From contig PSPG01000003.1 in the NCBI GenBank assembly GCA_003193925.1, positions 40,797-104,796 of the forward strand: a stretch of 64,000 nucleotides of DNA, read 5' to 3'. The notes below the pieces were generated by a model, which searched no databases, was not told the DNA's origin, and saw only the letters and a program-made list of their open reading frames with translations. Numbering within the stretch: position 1 is the stretch's first letter; each line of letters opens with the position of its first letter. Below are positions 8,322 to 17,579 of the stretch, piece after piece. This stretch comes from Candidatus Thalassarchaeum betae (GTDB taxonomy: Archaea; Thermoplasmatota; Poseidoniia; Poseidoniales; Thalassarchaeaceae). The translations under genes and the position numbers were made by a program.

Positions 8322-11198
8322 ATGGCGATTACCCGGCAGGGAGTCTGGAGATGCCCCTCCTGTGAGCATCATCAGACATGGAGGACGAAAGAATCGATCG
8401 AGAGAATTGACAGGAGGTGCAAGCACTGCGGCAAGCGGGTCCGGGCGATCCTCGACCGTTCTTCGAGCGGACAGGGTAGGCAGCGGGCGGTGCAGATCTG
8501 GGAGCGTGATACCACCTTGGACCTGGATGAGCTCAAGGATGAGGCCCTTCGCAGAGACCAGGAGTCAGAGCGAAGGGTCGAGCGGGCGGACTCGATCCGC
8601 TCTTATGCTTCCGGGACTGCTTCCCAGAGCGACCTGCCTACGATATGGGGGGCGGGCTGGGAGCCTAGCTCCGCCCTCGACTTCCCGACCCCGCTGAGCT
8701 CCTCGTCAGCCCGGGCCGAACTGCTCAGATTCGTCGTCGAGAGACATGACGGTCACCTCGGCGCTGCAGCCTCAAGTTGGGACGAGCTAGGGGCTCCGGA
8801 GTCATTCGGAGGAGAGGCTTTCCACGAGTTCTCGAAGCGTTATGTGAGTGCCCTTGAAGAGTCCCTGCACGAGCGTCTACTGACTCCTGCGCTATCCTCG
8901 TTGGGAGATGCCGAGGTCATACCCAGAAGGTCGGGTGAACTGCATCTGGAACGGCGTGCTGCGAGGCTATTGCTCGACATCGTACTATGCTTGAGGCGAA
9001 TCGCCCACTACGCTTCAATCACCCTCGAGCAACGCATGGAGTGGCAGAGGATGATGACTAGGACGAGAGCAGTAGACGAGCACCTCAAGGACCTCTTCGC
9101 GAACGGCCTGCCCACGCCCGATGGCGGAACCTTCGGAGGAAAGGGATTCCGTTCGACCTGGCAGGAGGGAGTGGTCGCGTGCGCGGGCGCGATGCGAAGG
9201 GGCATCGATATCCCAGAGGAGGAACGCGCTCGAGCCGACATCGTAGCCCCGATGATCCGGGACGTCGGACTCGCACTGGCCATGGGACAGACTGCGACCG
9301 AGGTCTTCGCCGCCCAGATAGGCAAGTCCGGCTCGTACATGGACGGCGGGCAGGAGGGCTCGGGCGGAAGGGACCTGCACATCGGCAACTGGGAGAAGGG
9401 GATCCTGCCCCCGACCGCTCCCCTGCCGATAGCGAGCGCCACCACCACCGGAGTTGCTCTCGCGGCGTCTAGGCTCGGAGTGGACCGTTTTCACCTCGCG
9501 CCAGTCGGTGAGGGCTGCAGCAGCAGCGGCGAGTTCTGGGAGGCGATGAACCTCGCAGGAGCCCGCGGACTACCGATATCTTTCATGATCCAGAACAACC
9601 AGATCGCCCTAGACACCTTCGTGACCGGCCAGTCCGGAGTCGAGACCTTCGGCGACAAGGGGCATGCCATGGGGATGCCGGCCTGGACGATGGACGGCTC
9701 GGACCCGGGGCTGTTCTACGCCTCCACCGCCGTCGCGAGGGAGTTCGCGACCGGTGGAGGGGGGCCGACCCTGATACACGTCGAGACGATGCGGGGCTGC
9801 GGGCACGCGCACCACCATGACGACCTGTACCTCGGTGCAGCCTCGGGGAACCCGCCCGGCTACGTCGACCGAGAGCTGCTCACCTACTGGGCGGAGAAGG
9901 ACCCAGTCCCGAACCACCGGGAACTGATGATCCAGCTCGGTGCGGACGAGAGGGAGATCGAGTCGATGGAGGCTCTAGAGCAGGCGTTGGTGGATGCCTC
10001 CCGGGAGGAGATGGAGGAGATGCCGTGGCCCGAGGGCCACACCGTGACAAAGGGCGTGACGAGCCTACATGACGCTACCGGACACGCCGAGCAGTACGAG
10101 AGGTTCGGGCGCGAGGTGGCTGTGGTCGATTCGCCTCTGGCTCCGGGTGAGAGCTCTCTAGAGTTCTCTGACGCCTCCAACTCCTGGACCTTCAGTCGAG
10201 CCATCCAAAGAGGGATGGTCTCGATCGCCGAGAAGCACGGCGACAAGGTCGTGTTCATGGGGCAGGACATGGAAGTCGCCGGTGCCTTCGGCATGACTAT
10301 TCCACTGATTGCCAAGGGGCATTCGGACAAACTCCTCGACATGCCACTGTCCGAGTCCGTCATCGTCCACTCCGCTATTGGCGCGGCCTTAGGCGGGATG
10401 CGCCCGGTAGCAGAGATCCAATTCGGCGGCTTCGCTGCTCTGGCGATGAACGCACTCGTCAACAACGCGGCCCAACTGCGCTGGCGCTGGGGTGCGAATG
10501 TTCCGGTCACCGTCCGGATACCCCTCGGTGGGAAGACGCGTAGTGGGCCGTTCCATGCAAACATGATCGAGTCTTGGTTCCTCAACGACCCGGGCTTGGT
10601 GATAGTCTTCCCGAGCACTCCGCAAGACGCCTACGACCTGCTCATCGAGTCTCACGAACTCGCTGACCCGGTCGTCTTCCTCGAGCACCTCGGGCTGTAT
10701 GGATTGAAGGGGGGCTTGACCGGCTGGGGGGAGTTGATCAACCAGCTCGTGGACACCGAGTCAGTCCACCAGCGACTTGCCGCTGGAGAGAACTCATTGG
10801 GAGAGGCCCGCGTCGTCCGGGGTGGCAAGGACCTGACCATCGTCACCTGGGGTGCGATGGTCCATGTCGCGATGAAAGCGGCCTCCGAGGCGGCCAAGAA
10901 GGGGATCGAAGTCGAAGTGGTCGACCTTCGGACCATACTGCCCTTCGACGCCCGGACCTGCATCGAATCGGTGCGACGGACCGGACGCCTCGTAGTCCTG
11001 CAGGAAGCGCAGTGGACTGGGGGCTTGGGCAACACCGTGAGCAGTCGCATCCTCGAGGAGGCGTTCTGGTGCCTCGAGTCCCCTCCCGTGGTCATAGGCG
11101 CGCTCGACACCCCTGTCCCCTTCGCCCCCACTCTGGAGGACTACACCATACCCACAGCCGAACTGGTGTCCCGTCACATCGAGAGGATGTGCGCCTGA
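8322..11198 (+). CDS. 2-oxoacid dehydrogenase E1 alpha-beta fusion with N-terminal Zn-ribbon extension
   Basis: ThDP motif GEG...QNNQ, ETMRGCGH; beta motifs DMPLSE, RPVAEIQF, GPFH, PVVFLEH and VEVVDLRTILPFD; N-terminus has CPSC...CKHC. Confidence 0.88.
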   Translation: MAITRQGVWRCPSCEHHQTWRTKESIERIDRRCKHCGKRVRAILDRSSSGQGRQRAVQIWERDTTLDLDELKDEALRRDQESERRVERADSIRSYASGTASQSDLPTIWGAGWEPSSALDFPTPLSSSSARAELLRFVVERHDGHLGAAASSWDELGAPESFGGEAFHEFSKRYVSALEESLHERLLTPALSSLGDAEVIPRRSGELHLERRAARLLLDIVLCLRRIAHYASITLEQRMEWQRMMTRTRAVDEHLKDLFANGLPTPDGGTFGGKGFRSTWQEGVVACAGAMRRGIDIPEEERARADIVAPMIRDVGLALAMGQTATEVFAAQIGKSGSYMDGGQEGSGGRDLHIGNWEKGILPPTAPLPIASATTTGVALAASRLGVDRFHLAPVGEGCSSSGEFWEAMNLAGARGLPISFMIQNNQIALDTFVTGQSGVETFGDKGHAMGMPAWTMDGSDPGLFYASTAVAREFATGGGGPTLIHVETMRGCGHAHHHDDLYLGAASGNPPGYVDRELLTYWAEKDPVPNHRELMIQLGADEREIESMEALEQALVDASREEMEEMPWPEGHTVTKGVTSLHDATGHAEQYERFGREVAVVDSPLAPGESSLEFSDASNSWTFSRAIQRGMVSIAEKHGDKVVFMGQDMEVAGAFGMTIPLIAKGHSDKLLDMPLSESVIVHSAIGAALGGMRPVAEIQFGGFAALAMNALVNNAAQLRWRWGANVPVTVRIPLGGKTRSGPFHANMIESWFLNDPGLVIVFPSTPQDAYDLLIESHELADPVVFLEHLGLYGLKGGLTGWGELINQLVDTESVHQRLAAGENSLGEARVVRGGKDLTIVTWGAMVHVAMKAASEAAKKGIEVEVVDLRTILPFDARTCIESVRRTGRLVVLQEAQWTGGLGNTVSSRILEEAFWCLESPPVVIGALDTPVPFAPTLEDYTIPTAELVSRHIERMCA

Positions 11199-11259
11199 GT
11201 ACCCCGGTCGCCCAACCAAATGGTCATGAGCGTAGTGCCGTCTCCCGAGAGCGAGTCGC

Positions 11260-12204
11260 ATGGCCTTGGCAGAGACTGACGGGATGCTTGTCATTGCCGG
11301 GTTCGTCCTCCTGATGCTGGGGGGCGAGTTCGTCGTCCAAGGAGCCATCACCATAGCCAACAGGCTGAAGGTCCCGCCGCTCCTGATCGGATTCACCGTC
11401 GTCGCCATCGGGACATCGCTGCCGGAGTTGGCAGTTGTCTTGGAGGCAGTCAGCGAAGGCACCCACGAGATCGCCGTCGGAGCTGTTCTCGGCTCCAACG
11501 TGGCCAATGTGATGCTGGTTCTGGGAACCGCGGCCCTGCTTGGCGCGGCATCGGACCCCGGGCCCGGCATCCGTCGCGACGCGATAGCCGTCGCCGTCGC
11601 CACCGTGATCCTGCTGGCTGCCGTGCTGATCGGGGAGATCGCGTCGCAGTTCGGCGTCCTCATGCTGCTGGGCCTCGCCGCCTACTACACCTACTCCTAC
11701 CGTGCCTCCAAGGCAGATGGGAACGATGTCGAGGACAGCAAGTCCTGGTTGCCTGACAACGTGAAACTGGCAATCCCGACCACCGTCGCGGGTGGCTACA
11801 TGATCTGGACTGGCGCTCAGATGCTGGTCGAGGGGGCCACTGGACTAGCGACCGACTACGGCATCTCCGAGTCCGTCATAGGCCTCTCGATAGTGGCGCT
11901 GGGAACCTCCCTCCCCGAGTTAGCGGTGACTCTGGTCGCTGGGCTCAGGGGGCAGGGGGGCGTTGCCCTGGGCAACGTGCTTGGCTCCAACGTCATCAAC
12001 ATCCTCGGCATCCTGGGTGTGGCCTCTACATACGCGGGAGGGCTAATCGTAGCTCCGGAATTCGCTGTGCGGGACATCTGGGTCGTCGTCCTCACATCGG
12101 GCTTCATCGTAGCCATGCTGCTGGACGAGCGTCACATCGGCAGGCGGGTGGGAGCGACGATGGTCGCCGGTTACCTGGCGTACATGGTGTTCCTGTACCT
12201 CTAG
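11260..12204 (+). CDS. Ca2+/Na+ antiporter (YrbG/NCX family)
   Basis: Two alpha repeats GTSLPELA...GSNV; about 10 TM helices. Confidence 0.92.
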   Translation: MALAETDGMLVIAGFVLLMLGGEFVVQGAITIANRLKVPPLLIGFTVVAIGTSLPELAVVLEAVSEGTHEIAVGAVLGSNVANVMLVLGTAALLGAASDPGPGIRRDAIAVAVATVILLAAVLIGEIASQFGVLMLLGLAAYYTYSYRASKADGNDVEDSKSWLPDNVKLAIPTTVAGGYMIWTGAQMLVEGATGLATDYGISESVIGLSIVALGTSLPELAVTLVAGLRGQGGVALGNVLGSNVINILGILGVASTYAGGLIVAPEFAVRDIWVVVLTSGFIVAMLLDERHIGRRVGATMVAGYLAYMVFLYL

Positions 12205-12263
12205 GTCCGGTTAGCGCTATCCGGGGTGCGAACCGCTAAGACCGAGGCCTCGCCCCTAGGGCC

Positions 12264-13409
12264 ATGGTCGACTTCAGCCTGTCAGAGGAGCAGCGTATGC
12301 TCCAGGAGGCGGCGCGCGAGTTTGCTGCTGCGGAAGTCCAGCCGCACGCTGAGAAGTGGGACCGTGAGAGCACCTTCCCGCGAGAGGCGATACGCAAGGC
12401 CAACGAACTCGGTCTGCTCACCGTCAAGATTCCCGAGGAGTACGGCGGCTACGGCATGGGCTCCTTCGAGGAGGTTCTGATATGCGAGGAAATCGGATGG
12501 GGCGACCCTGGGTTCGCCACCGCATCTGGCAGCACGATGCTGGCTTCCTACCCACTCATCACAGGCGGCACTGAGGACCAGAAGCAGCGCTACCTGTCCA
12601 AGGTCGCCGATGGCTGCATCGCAGCCTACTGTGTGACGGAACCCGGTGCCGGTAGCGATGTGCAGTCGATTCGGACGCAAGCCGTCAGGGACGGTGACGA
12701 CTATGTCGTCACCGGCAGCAAGATGTGGATCACCGGAGCCGGTCACGCTGACTGGTTCTTCGTTCTGGCATACACCGACAGGGAAGCTGGGTACAGGGGA
12801 ATGAGCGGTTTCATCGTCGACGCCGACAGCGCCGGCGTCGTGCTCGGCAAGAAGGAGGAGAACATGGGCCAGCGCTGCTCCGACACGCGCGCGGTCGACT
12901 TCAACGACGTTCGCGTGCCGGCGGAGAACCTCATCGGCGGCGAGGAGAACGGCGGCTGGATGAATGCGATGAGGGCGTTCGACCTCTCGAGGCCCACGAT
13001 ATCCGCGCACGCCGTCGGCAATGCCAGGGGCGCCATGGAAGAGGCCCTGAGGTACGCCAATGAGCGCAGCACCTTCGGAAAGCCGATCTACAGGCACCAA
13101 GCGATCTCGTTCATGATCGCTGACATGGCGACCAAGATCGAAGCTGCCAGGCTTCTGACGTGGTGCGCGGCGAAGAAGGCCGACGCCGGCGAGCGCAACA
13201 CACTCGAAGCCGCCCACGCCAAGCGCTTCTCCGCCGACATGGCGATGGAGGTGACCACCGACGCGGTGCAGGTGTTCGGCGGATACGGCTACTCCGAGGA
13301 GTATCCCGTGGCCCGCCGCATGCGAGGTGCCAAGGTGGTTCAGATCTTCGAGGGTTCGAGCCAGATTCAGAGGATGATCATCGGGCGAGAGCTGCTCCGG
13401 GGCATGTGA
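12264..13409 (+). CDS. Acyl-CoA dehydrogenase
   Basis: AYCVTEPGAGSD, GSKMWIT, RSTFGKPI, QVFGGYGYSEEYPV and IFEGSSQIQR. Confidence 0.95.
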   Translation: MVDFSLSEEQRMLQEAAREFAAAEVQPHAEKWDRESTFPREAIRKANELGLLTVKIPEEYGGYGMGSFEEVLICEEIGWGDPGFATASGSTMLASYPLITGGTEDQKQRYLSKVADGCIAAYCVTEPGAGSDVQSIRTQAVRDGDDYVVTGSKMWITGAGHADWFFVLAYTDREAGYRGMSGFIVDADSAGVVLGKKEENMGQRCSDTRAVDFNDVRVPAENLIGGEENGGWMNAMRAFDLSRPTISAHAVGNARGAMEEALRYANERSTFGKPIYRHQAISFMIADMATKIEAARLLTWCAAKKADAGERNTLEAAHAKRFSADMAMEVTTDAVQVFGGYGYSEEYPVARRMRGAKVVQIFEGSSQIQRMIIGRELLRGM

Positions 13410-13419
13410 TGGTGGTGAG

Positions 13420-14001
13420 ATGGCCGAAGACGCCGTTGCTATCGGCTGCGTCGTCCTAGCGGCGGGTGGCAGCGGGCGCCTCGGGCAGCCCAAGGCGCTG
13501 ATCGAGGTGGGTCAAGGCACCCTGATCCAATGGCTGGTCGGAAGGCTCGAGAGCCACGGCCTAGCGCCAGTGGTCGTGACGCGGGGGGAGTTGCTGGAGG
13601 ATGTGGCGGCATCCGTCGCTTGCCGGGTAATCGTCAACCCTCGTCCGGAGGATGGGCGGACCGGGACCCTCCAAGTGGGCATCGCCCACCTCGATAGAGA
13701 GATCGGTCCCGGGTACGGCCTGCTGGTGGTGCCCGTAGACCGCCCGGGCTTCTCGGACTCGACTCTCCGGAGTCTCATCTCCTCGGAGCGCACCGCCTGC
13801 CCGACGAAGGACGGGAGGGGAGCGCATCCGATCGTCATTTTAGCCGCCGAAGTCGGGAGGATTCGAAGCGCTGCGCCCGACGCTCCGCTACGCGAACTGA
13901 TAGAACCTTTCCGACTAGAGGTCGAGGACCCCCACCTGCACCTCAACGTAGATCTGCCAGGAGATTTGATCGGTCTGGATGATTCGTTGGTGAATCTGTG
14001 A
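13420..14001 (+). CDS. mocA: Molybdenum cofactor nucleotidyltransferase (MocA/MobA-like)
   Basis: VVLAAGGSGRLGQPKAL, PVDRP, GAHPIV and NVDLPGD; lies near xdhC and the xanthine-oxidase-family genes; GGTGGTGA SD upstream. Confidence 0.8.
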   Translation: MAEDAVAIGCVVLAAGGSGRLGQPKALIEVGQGTLIQWLVGRLESHGLAPVVVTRGELLEDVAASVACRVIVNPRPEDGRTGTLQVGIAHLDREIGPGYGLLVVPVDRPGFSDSTLRSLISSERTACPTKDGRGAHPIVILAAEVGRIRSAAPDAPLRELIEPFRLEVEDPHLHLNVDLPGDLIGLDDSLVNL

Positions 14002-14065
14002 TACAGAGTGCTTTGGAATAGGAAGCATATTCTTTTCAGTCAATCCACTTTCGGGAGTCCGTAAC

Positions 14066-14884
14066 ATGGGCATCGTAGCATTCATGGAAGGTTTCGACCC
14101 CATTCAACAGGCCTTGATCGCGGGCCTCTTCACATGGTTCTTGACAGCGGCGGGAGCCGCTATTGTGATATTCTTCAAGGAAATAGATAGGAAGGTACTG
14201 GATGGTATGCTGGGATTCGCAGCTGGTGTCATGATAGCAGCCAGTTTCTGGTCACTTCTCTCTCCGGCTCTAGAATTATCGGAAGGCAAGGATCTGCCAG
14301 TCTGGTTCCCTGCGCTCGTGGGATTCCTACTTGGAGGATTCTGCATGAGACTAATCGACATGTTCCTTCCGCATCTTCACCCAGGAGCGCCTCCCGAAGA
14401 GGTAGAGGGAGTCGATAGCTCCTGGCACAGAAGCATGTTGCTCGTCTCGGCGATCACCCTCCACAATATCCCAGAGGGGCTCGCAATCGGAGTGGCATTC
14501 GGGGCCGCAGCCTCAGGATTCGAGGGTGCGACCACGGGCGGAGCGATAGCACTGGCAATAGGAATCGGTATCCAGAACTTCCCCGAGGGGGCGGCGGTCT
14601 CGCTGCCCCTCAGACGTGAGGGGCTCTCGAGGAGGGGCAGCTTCCTGTGGGGGCAATTATCCGCTAGCGTCGAGCCTGTGGCAGCCGTGTTGGGGGCTGC
14701 ACTGGTGATCGTTGCGACACCCATTCTTCCCTATGCCTTGGCTTTCGCGGCGGGTGCGATGATCTTCGTAGTGGTCGAGGAACTGATACCAGAGGCCCAC
14801 AGGGGCGGGAACGGCGATATCGCCACCATGGGCGCGATGTTAGGATTCGCCGTCATGATGGTTCTCGACGTCGCCTTCGCATGA
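14066..14884 (+). CDS. ZIP-family divalent metal transporter (GufA/ZupT-like)
   Basis: LGFAAGVMIAASFWSLL, ITLHNIPEGLAIGV, IQNFPEG and EELIPE. Confidence 0.93.
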   Translation: MGIVAFMEGFDPIQQALIAGLFTWFLTAAGAAIVIFFKEIDRKVLDGMLGFAAGVMIAASFWSLLSPALELSEGKDLPVWFPALVGFLLGGFCMRLIDMFLPHLHPGAPPEEVEGVDSSWHRSMLLVSAITLHNIPEGLAIGVAFGAAASGFEGATTGGAIALAIGIGIQNFPEGAAVSLPLRREGLSRRGSFLWGQLSASVEPVAAVLGAALVIVATPILPYALAFAAGAMIFVVVEELIPEAHRGGNGDIATMGAMLGFAVMMVLDVAFA

Positions 14885-14890
14885 TTCCGG

Positions 14891-15760
14891 TTGCGCAACC
14901 ACAAAGGCACACTACCTGCTCTCAGGGACGTGACTCGCGCTGTCCTGACATGGGTGCTAGAGAGGCTCGAGGGCGGCGAGCGCGTCGCCATGGCCTCGGT
15001 AATCGAGGCCAGCGGCAGTGTGCCGGGCAAGCCTGGAGCGAGGCTCGCGATGACATCAGGGGGGGCAAAGTTCGGCACCGTCGGTGGAGCCGGGCTCGAG
15101 TTGAAGGTCGAGAACGCTCTGAAAGAGTTGCTCAACGGGAGCCGGGAGCCTGCCCGCAGCAAGGGGGGGAAGGTGGAGACCTTCCTGCTCTACAAGGATG
15201 CGAAGGGAGAAGAAGTGACGTCCCTTGACAGCCTATGCGGCGGCCGCGTTACCGTCGCCATGGAGGTCATCGAGCCCATGCCGCACATACTCATCGCAGG
15301 TGGCGGGCACGTCGGCCGCTCGGTCGCTATCGTATGCGACACGCTCGGCTGGTCGCACAGCGTTTTCGACGTTCGCCCCGAGTACGCCGACTCTGAGCGC
15401 TACCCCTTCGCAACCGAGTTGCACGCCAAGGCGGTCTCGGAGTTCCTGGACTCTGAGGACGCCGTCTCCCTGAGCAGATTCTCCGACGTTCTGCTGCTGG
15501 GCCACGACTGGGTCGTAGACCAGCAGATGCTGCTGGGGATGCTGAGCGAGTTCGACGGGGGCTCGCGGCCGAGGATTGGCGTCATCGGCTCGACCGTGAA
15601 GTGGAACGCTTTCCGTGAGGCCGCCGTCGAAGAGGGCATCTCACAGGCCGCAGTCGACTCGGTGAGATGCCCCATCGGACTCGACATCGGCGCGGACTCG
15701 CCGGAGGAGATCGCCGTAGCGGTCTGCGCCGAGATCATGGCTCTGGAGAAGCGGGATTAG
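14891..15760 (+). CDS. xdhC: XdhC/CoxF-family Moco-insertion chaperone
   Basis: GSVPGKPGA, GTVGGAGLE, LCGG, IAGGGHVG, GVIGS and CPIGLDIGADSPEEIAVAV. Alternative start GTG 14930. Confidence 0.92.
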   Translation: MRNHKGTLPALRDVTRAVLTWVLERLEGGERVAMASVIEASGSVPGKPGARLAMTSGGAKFGTVGGAGLELKVENALKELLNGSREPARSKGGKVETFLLYKDAKGEEVTSLDSLCGGRVTVAMEVIEPMPHILIAGGGHVGRSVAIVCDTLGWSHSVFDVRPEYADSERYPFATELHAKAVSEFLDSEDAVSLSRFSDVLLLGHDWVVDQQMLLGMLSEFDGGSRPRIGVIGSTVKWNAFREAAVEEGISQAAVDSVRCPIGLDIGADSPEEIAVAVCAEIMALEKRD

Positions 15761-15763
15761 AAA

Positions 15764-16162
15764 TCACTCGACGAGTTCCGTCTCGTCCTCATCCGCTGCT
15801 CCCCTAGGTTCTATTTCGACGATATGGACATCCTGGCTCTCGGTGACATGAACTATTTCGGGTTGCCTTTCCAGACTTGGGATGAAAGTGGCTATTGACA
15901 CCCATATCAACACTATAATCAGAATAACAGTTAACGAATTCTGAACAGCATTTGTCAAGTCTTCCTGTTCAAAGGATGCTATCCATGCCCATACGAAACC
16001 AGTTGCGAATGCTATTGTTAGCAATATTGAGCCTACAATCGCTAGGCCCACTCTGACAGGCATCTTCCCGAAAGCGCCGAAAACAAGATTGATGATTTTT
16101 GAAATGTTACTAGTAGTGAACCTGAAAACGCTTGAGAATAGTTTCCTGCCTATGAATCCCAC
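15764..16162 (-). CDS. Hypothetical 2-TM membrane protein, A+T-rich
   Basis: 132-aa ORF with two hydrophobic helices and an acidic tail; fills the gap between xdhC and the S8 gene. Confidence 0.6.
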   Translation of the reverse strand: MGFIGRKLFSSVFRFTTSNISKIINLVFGAFGKMPVRVGLAIVGSILLTIAFATGFVWAWIASFEQEDLTNAVQNSLTVILIIVLIWVSIATFIPSLERQPEIVHVTESQDVHIVEIEPRGAADEDETELVE

Positions 16163-16266
16163 TGTATCACCCTCGGATATGTTACGGTGAGTTCCTACAT
16201 GAATATGCCTGCAATTGCACTACAAATCCGACGAAGGCTGAAATCTCCCCAACGCCGCGGGAGAGC

Positions 16267-17487
16267 GTGCGCAACCTTGCCCTGATGCTCGCGCTTCTGG
16301 TTATCACGGCTCCGCTCAGCGGCTGCCTGTTCTGGGGGGACGACGAGGAACCCGAGGTACAGCCCGAGGAGGAGGTCGGTTTCGGTGCCTTCAGCGTGGT
16401 CGCCCCCATCGACACCGGAATCAACGTCTACCATAACCACTTCCGGATGAACGAGTCCTACCCGCAGTGGCTCCTCGACGGCTTCGGTGTGACCAAGGTC
16501 TGCGATGTGACGTTGAATGGGACCTGGCAGGAGAGGTACGAGGCCGACAAGACCACCTGCTGGGACAACATAACCTCACAGGACGTCGTCTGGTTCCGCG
16601 GCACCCGCATCATCGGCACCACTCCCGACGACAACACTGACATTCCGATCCTCGACGATCCGCAGGACGGGCACGGCACCGCCGTCACCGGAGCCGTACT
16701 CAACGCCAATCCGGATGCTGTCATTTTCTTCGTCGAGGGTTTCAGTGACGCTGCCGTGCTCGCAGCGGCCAACCAGCCCCTAGTGGATCTTATCACCACG
16801 AGTTTCGGCCCAATCCTCTCTGTTCCAGTGCCTGGCATCGAGGACGCCACAAAGTTCGCTGTGGTGCAGAAGAAAAAGCTCCACACGGGGGCGGCCGACA
16901 ACTCGCCCTCGCCGGCAGTCCAGGACTCGACGGCTGGCCCACCGTGGAGCATCGGCGTCTCGGGTTACGCCGAGGAGGGCGATGACCAGAAGGAGACGAT
17001 GAGCGGCTCCTACCCCGACGTCGCCGCGGACTGGACGCAGGTTCTGCCCAACCATGACGACATCGACGGCTACCACGAGACCTCGGGCACCTCTTTCGCC
17101 ACCCCTAGGACAGCAGGCCTGCTGTCGAAGGTCCTGATGCGGCTCCGAGCGGAGTTCGGGGACGCGTCTTCGGGAGCCGATCCTGACACACGCGACGGGC
17201 TGATGGTGAACGGGACGAACTTCACCCTGACCAACGACGACCTGCGCGACACCCTGAACCTCTCGGGATGGTATCCCTCGTTCAACACCTGGGACCCGCT
17301 CTCTGGCACCACTCCGATCTCGCCCATAGCGCCTTGCACGCAAGTAGGCTGGGGTGTGGTGAACGAGAGCAACGTCCTGCCCATAATCGGGCACTTGAAC
17401 GGCACTTCGACGATGGCTAACAGGCCCAGTGACGTGGTCATGTGCATGGAGGCCAATCAGGCTATTCGTGAGGCCTACTGGGAATAA
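16267..17487 (+). CDS. S8 subtilisin-like peptidase, lipoprotein
   Basis: Lipobox PLSGC; triad motifs PIDTGIN, DGHGTAVTG and SGTSFATP. Confidence 0.85.
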   Translation: MRNLALMLALLVITAPLSGCLFWGDDEEPEVQPEEEVGFGAFSVVAPIDTGINVYHNHFRMNESYPQWLLDGFGVTKVCDVTLNGTWQERYEADKTTCWDNITSQDVVWFRGTRIIGTTPDDNTDIPILDDPQDGHGTAVTGAVLNANPDAVIFFVEGFSDAAVLAAANQPLVDLITTSFGPILSVPVPGIEDATKFAVVQKKKLHTGAADNSPSPAVQDSTAGPPWSIGVSGYAEEGDDQKETMSGSYPDVAADWTQVLPNHDDIDGYHETSGTSFATPRTAGLLSKVLMRLRAEFGDASSGADPDTRDGLMVNGTNFTLTNDDLRDTLNLSGWYPSFNTWDPLSGTTPISPIAPCTQVGWGVVNESNVLPIIGHLNGTSTMANRPSDVVMCMEANQAIREAYWE

Positions 17488-17519
17488 CAGCGACCGCTGA
17501 ATACAATATCCGACTTGGA

Positions 17520-17538
17520 TTGACCCCACAGGGGTCAA
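17520..17538. promoter_or_regulatory. Perfect palindrome TTGACCCC-N3-GGGGTCAA, candidate operator of the hcr-like operon
   Basis: 8-bp arms with a 3-nt spacer, ending about 40 nt upstream of ATG 17580, just 5' of the expected BRE/TATA position. Confidence 0.55.
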
Positions 17539-17579
17539 ACCGAATGCTCAAAGGATGACACTGCTGGTGTGGCCACTGC

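Noticed and set aside
12282-13493. 403-aa antisense ORF, and similar long shadow ORFs (18214-19401, 23686-24582, 29937-30824, 38953-39840, 50991-51866, 52962-53882)
   Set aside because: They lie opposite well-supported genes, have no recognisable motifs, and are expected from high-GC codon bias.
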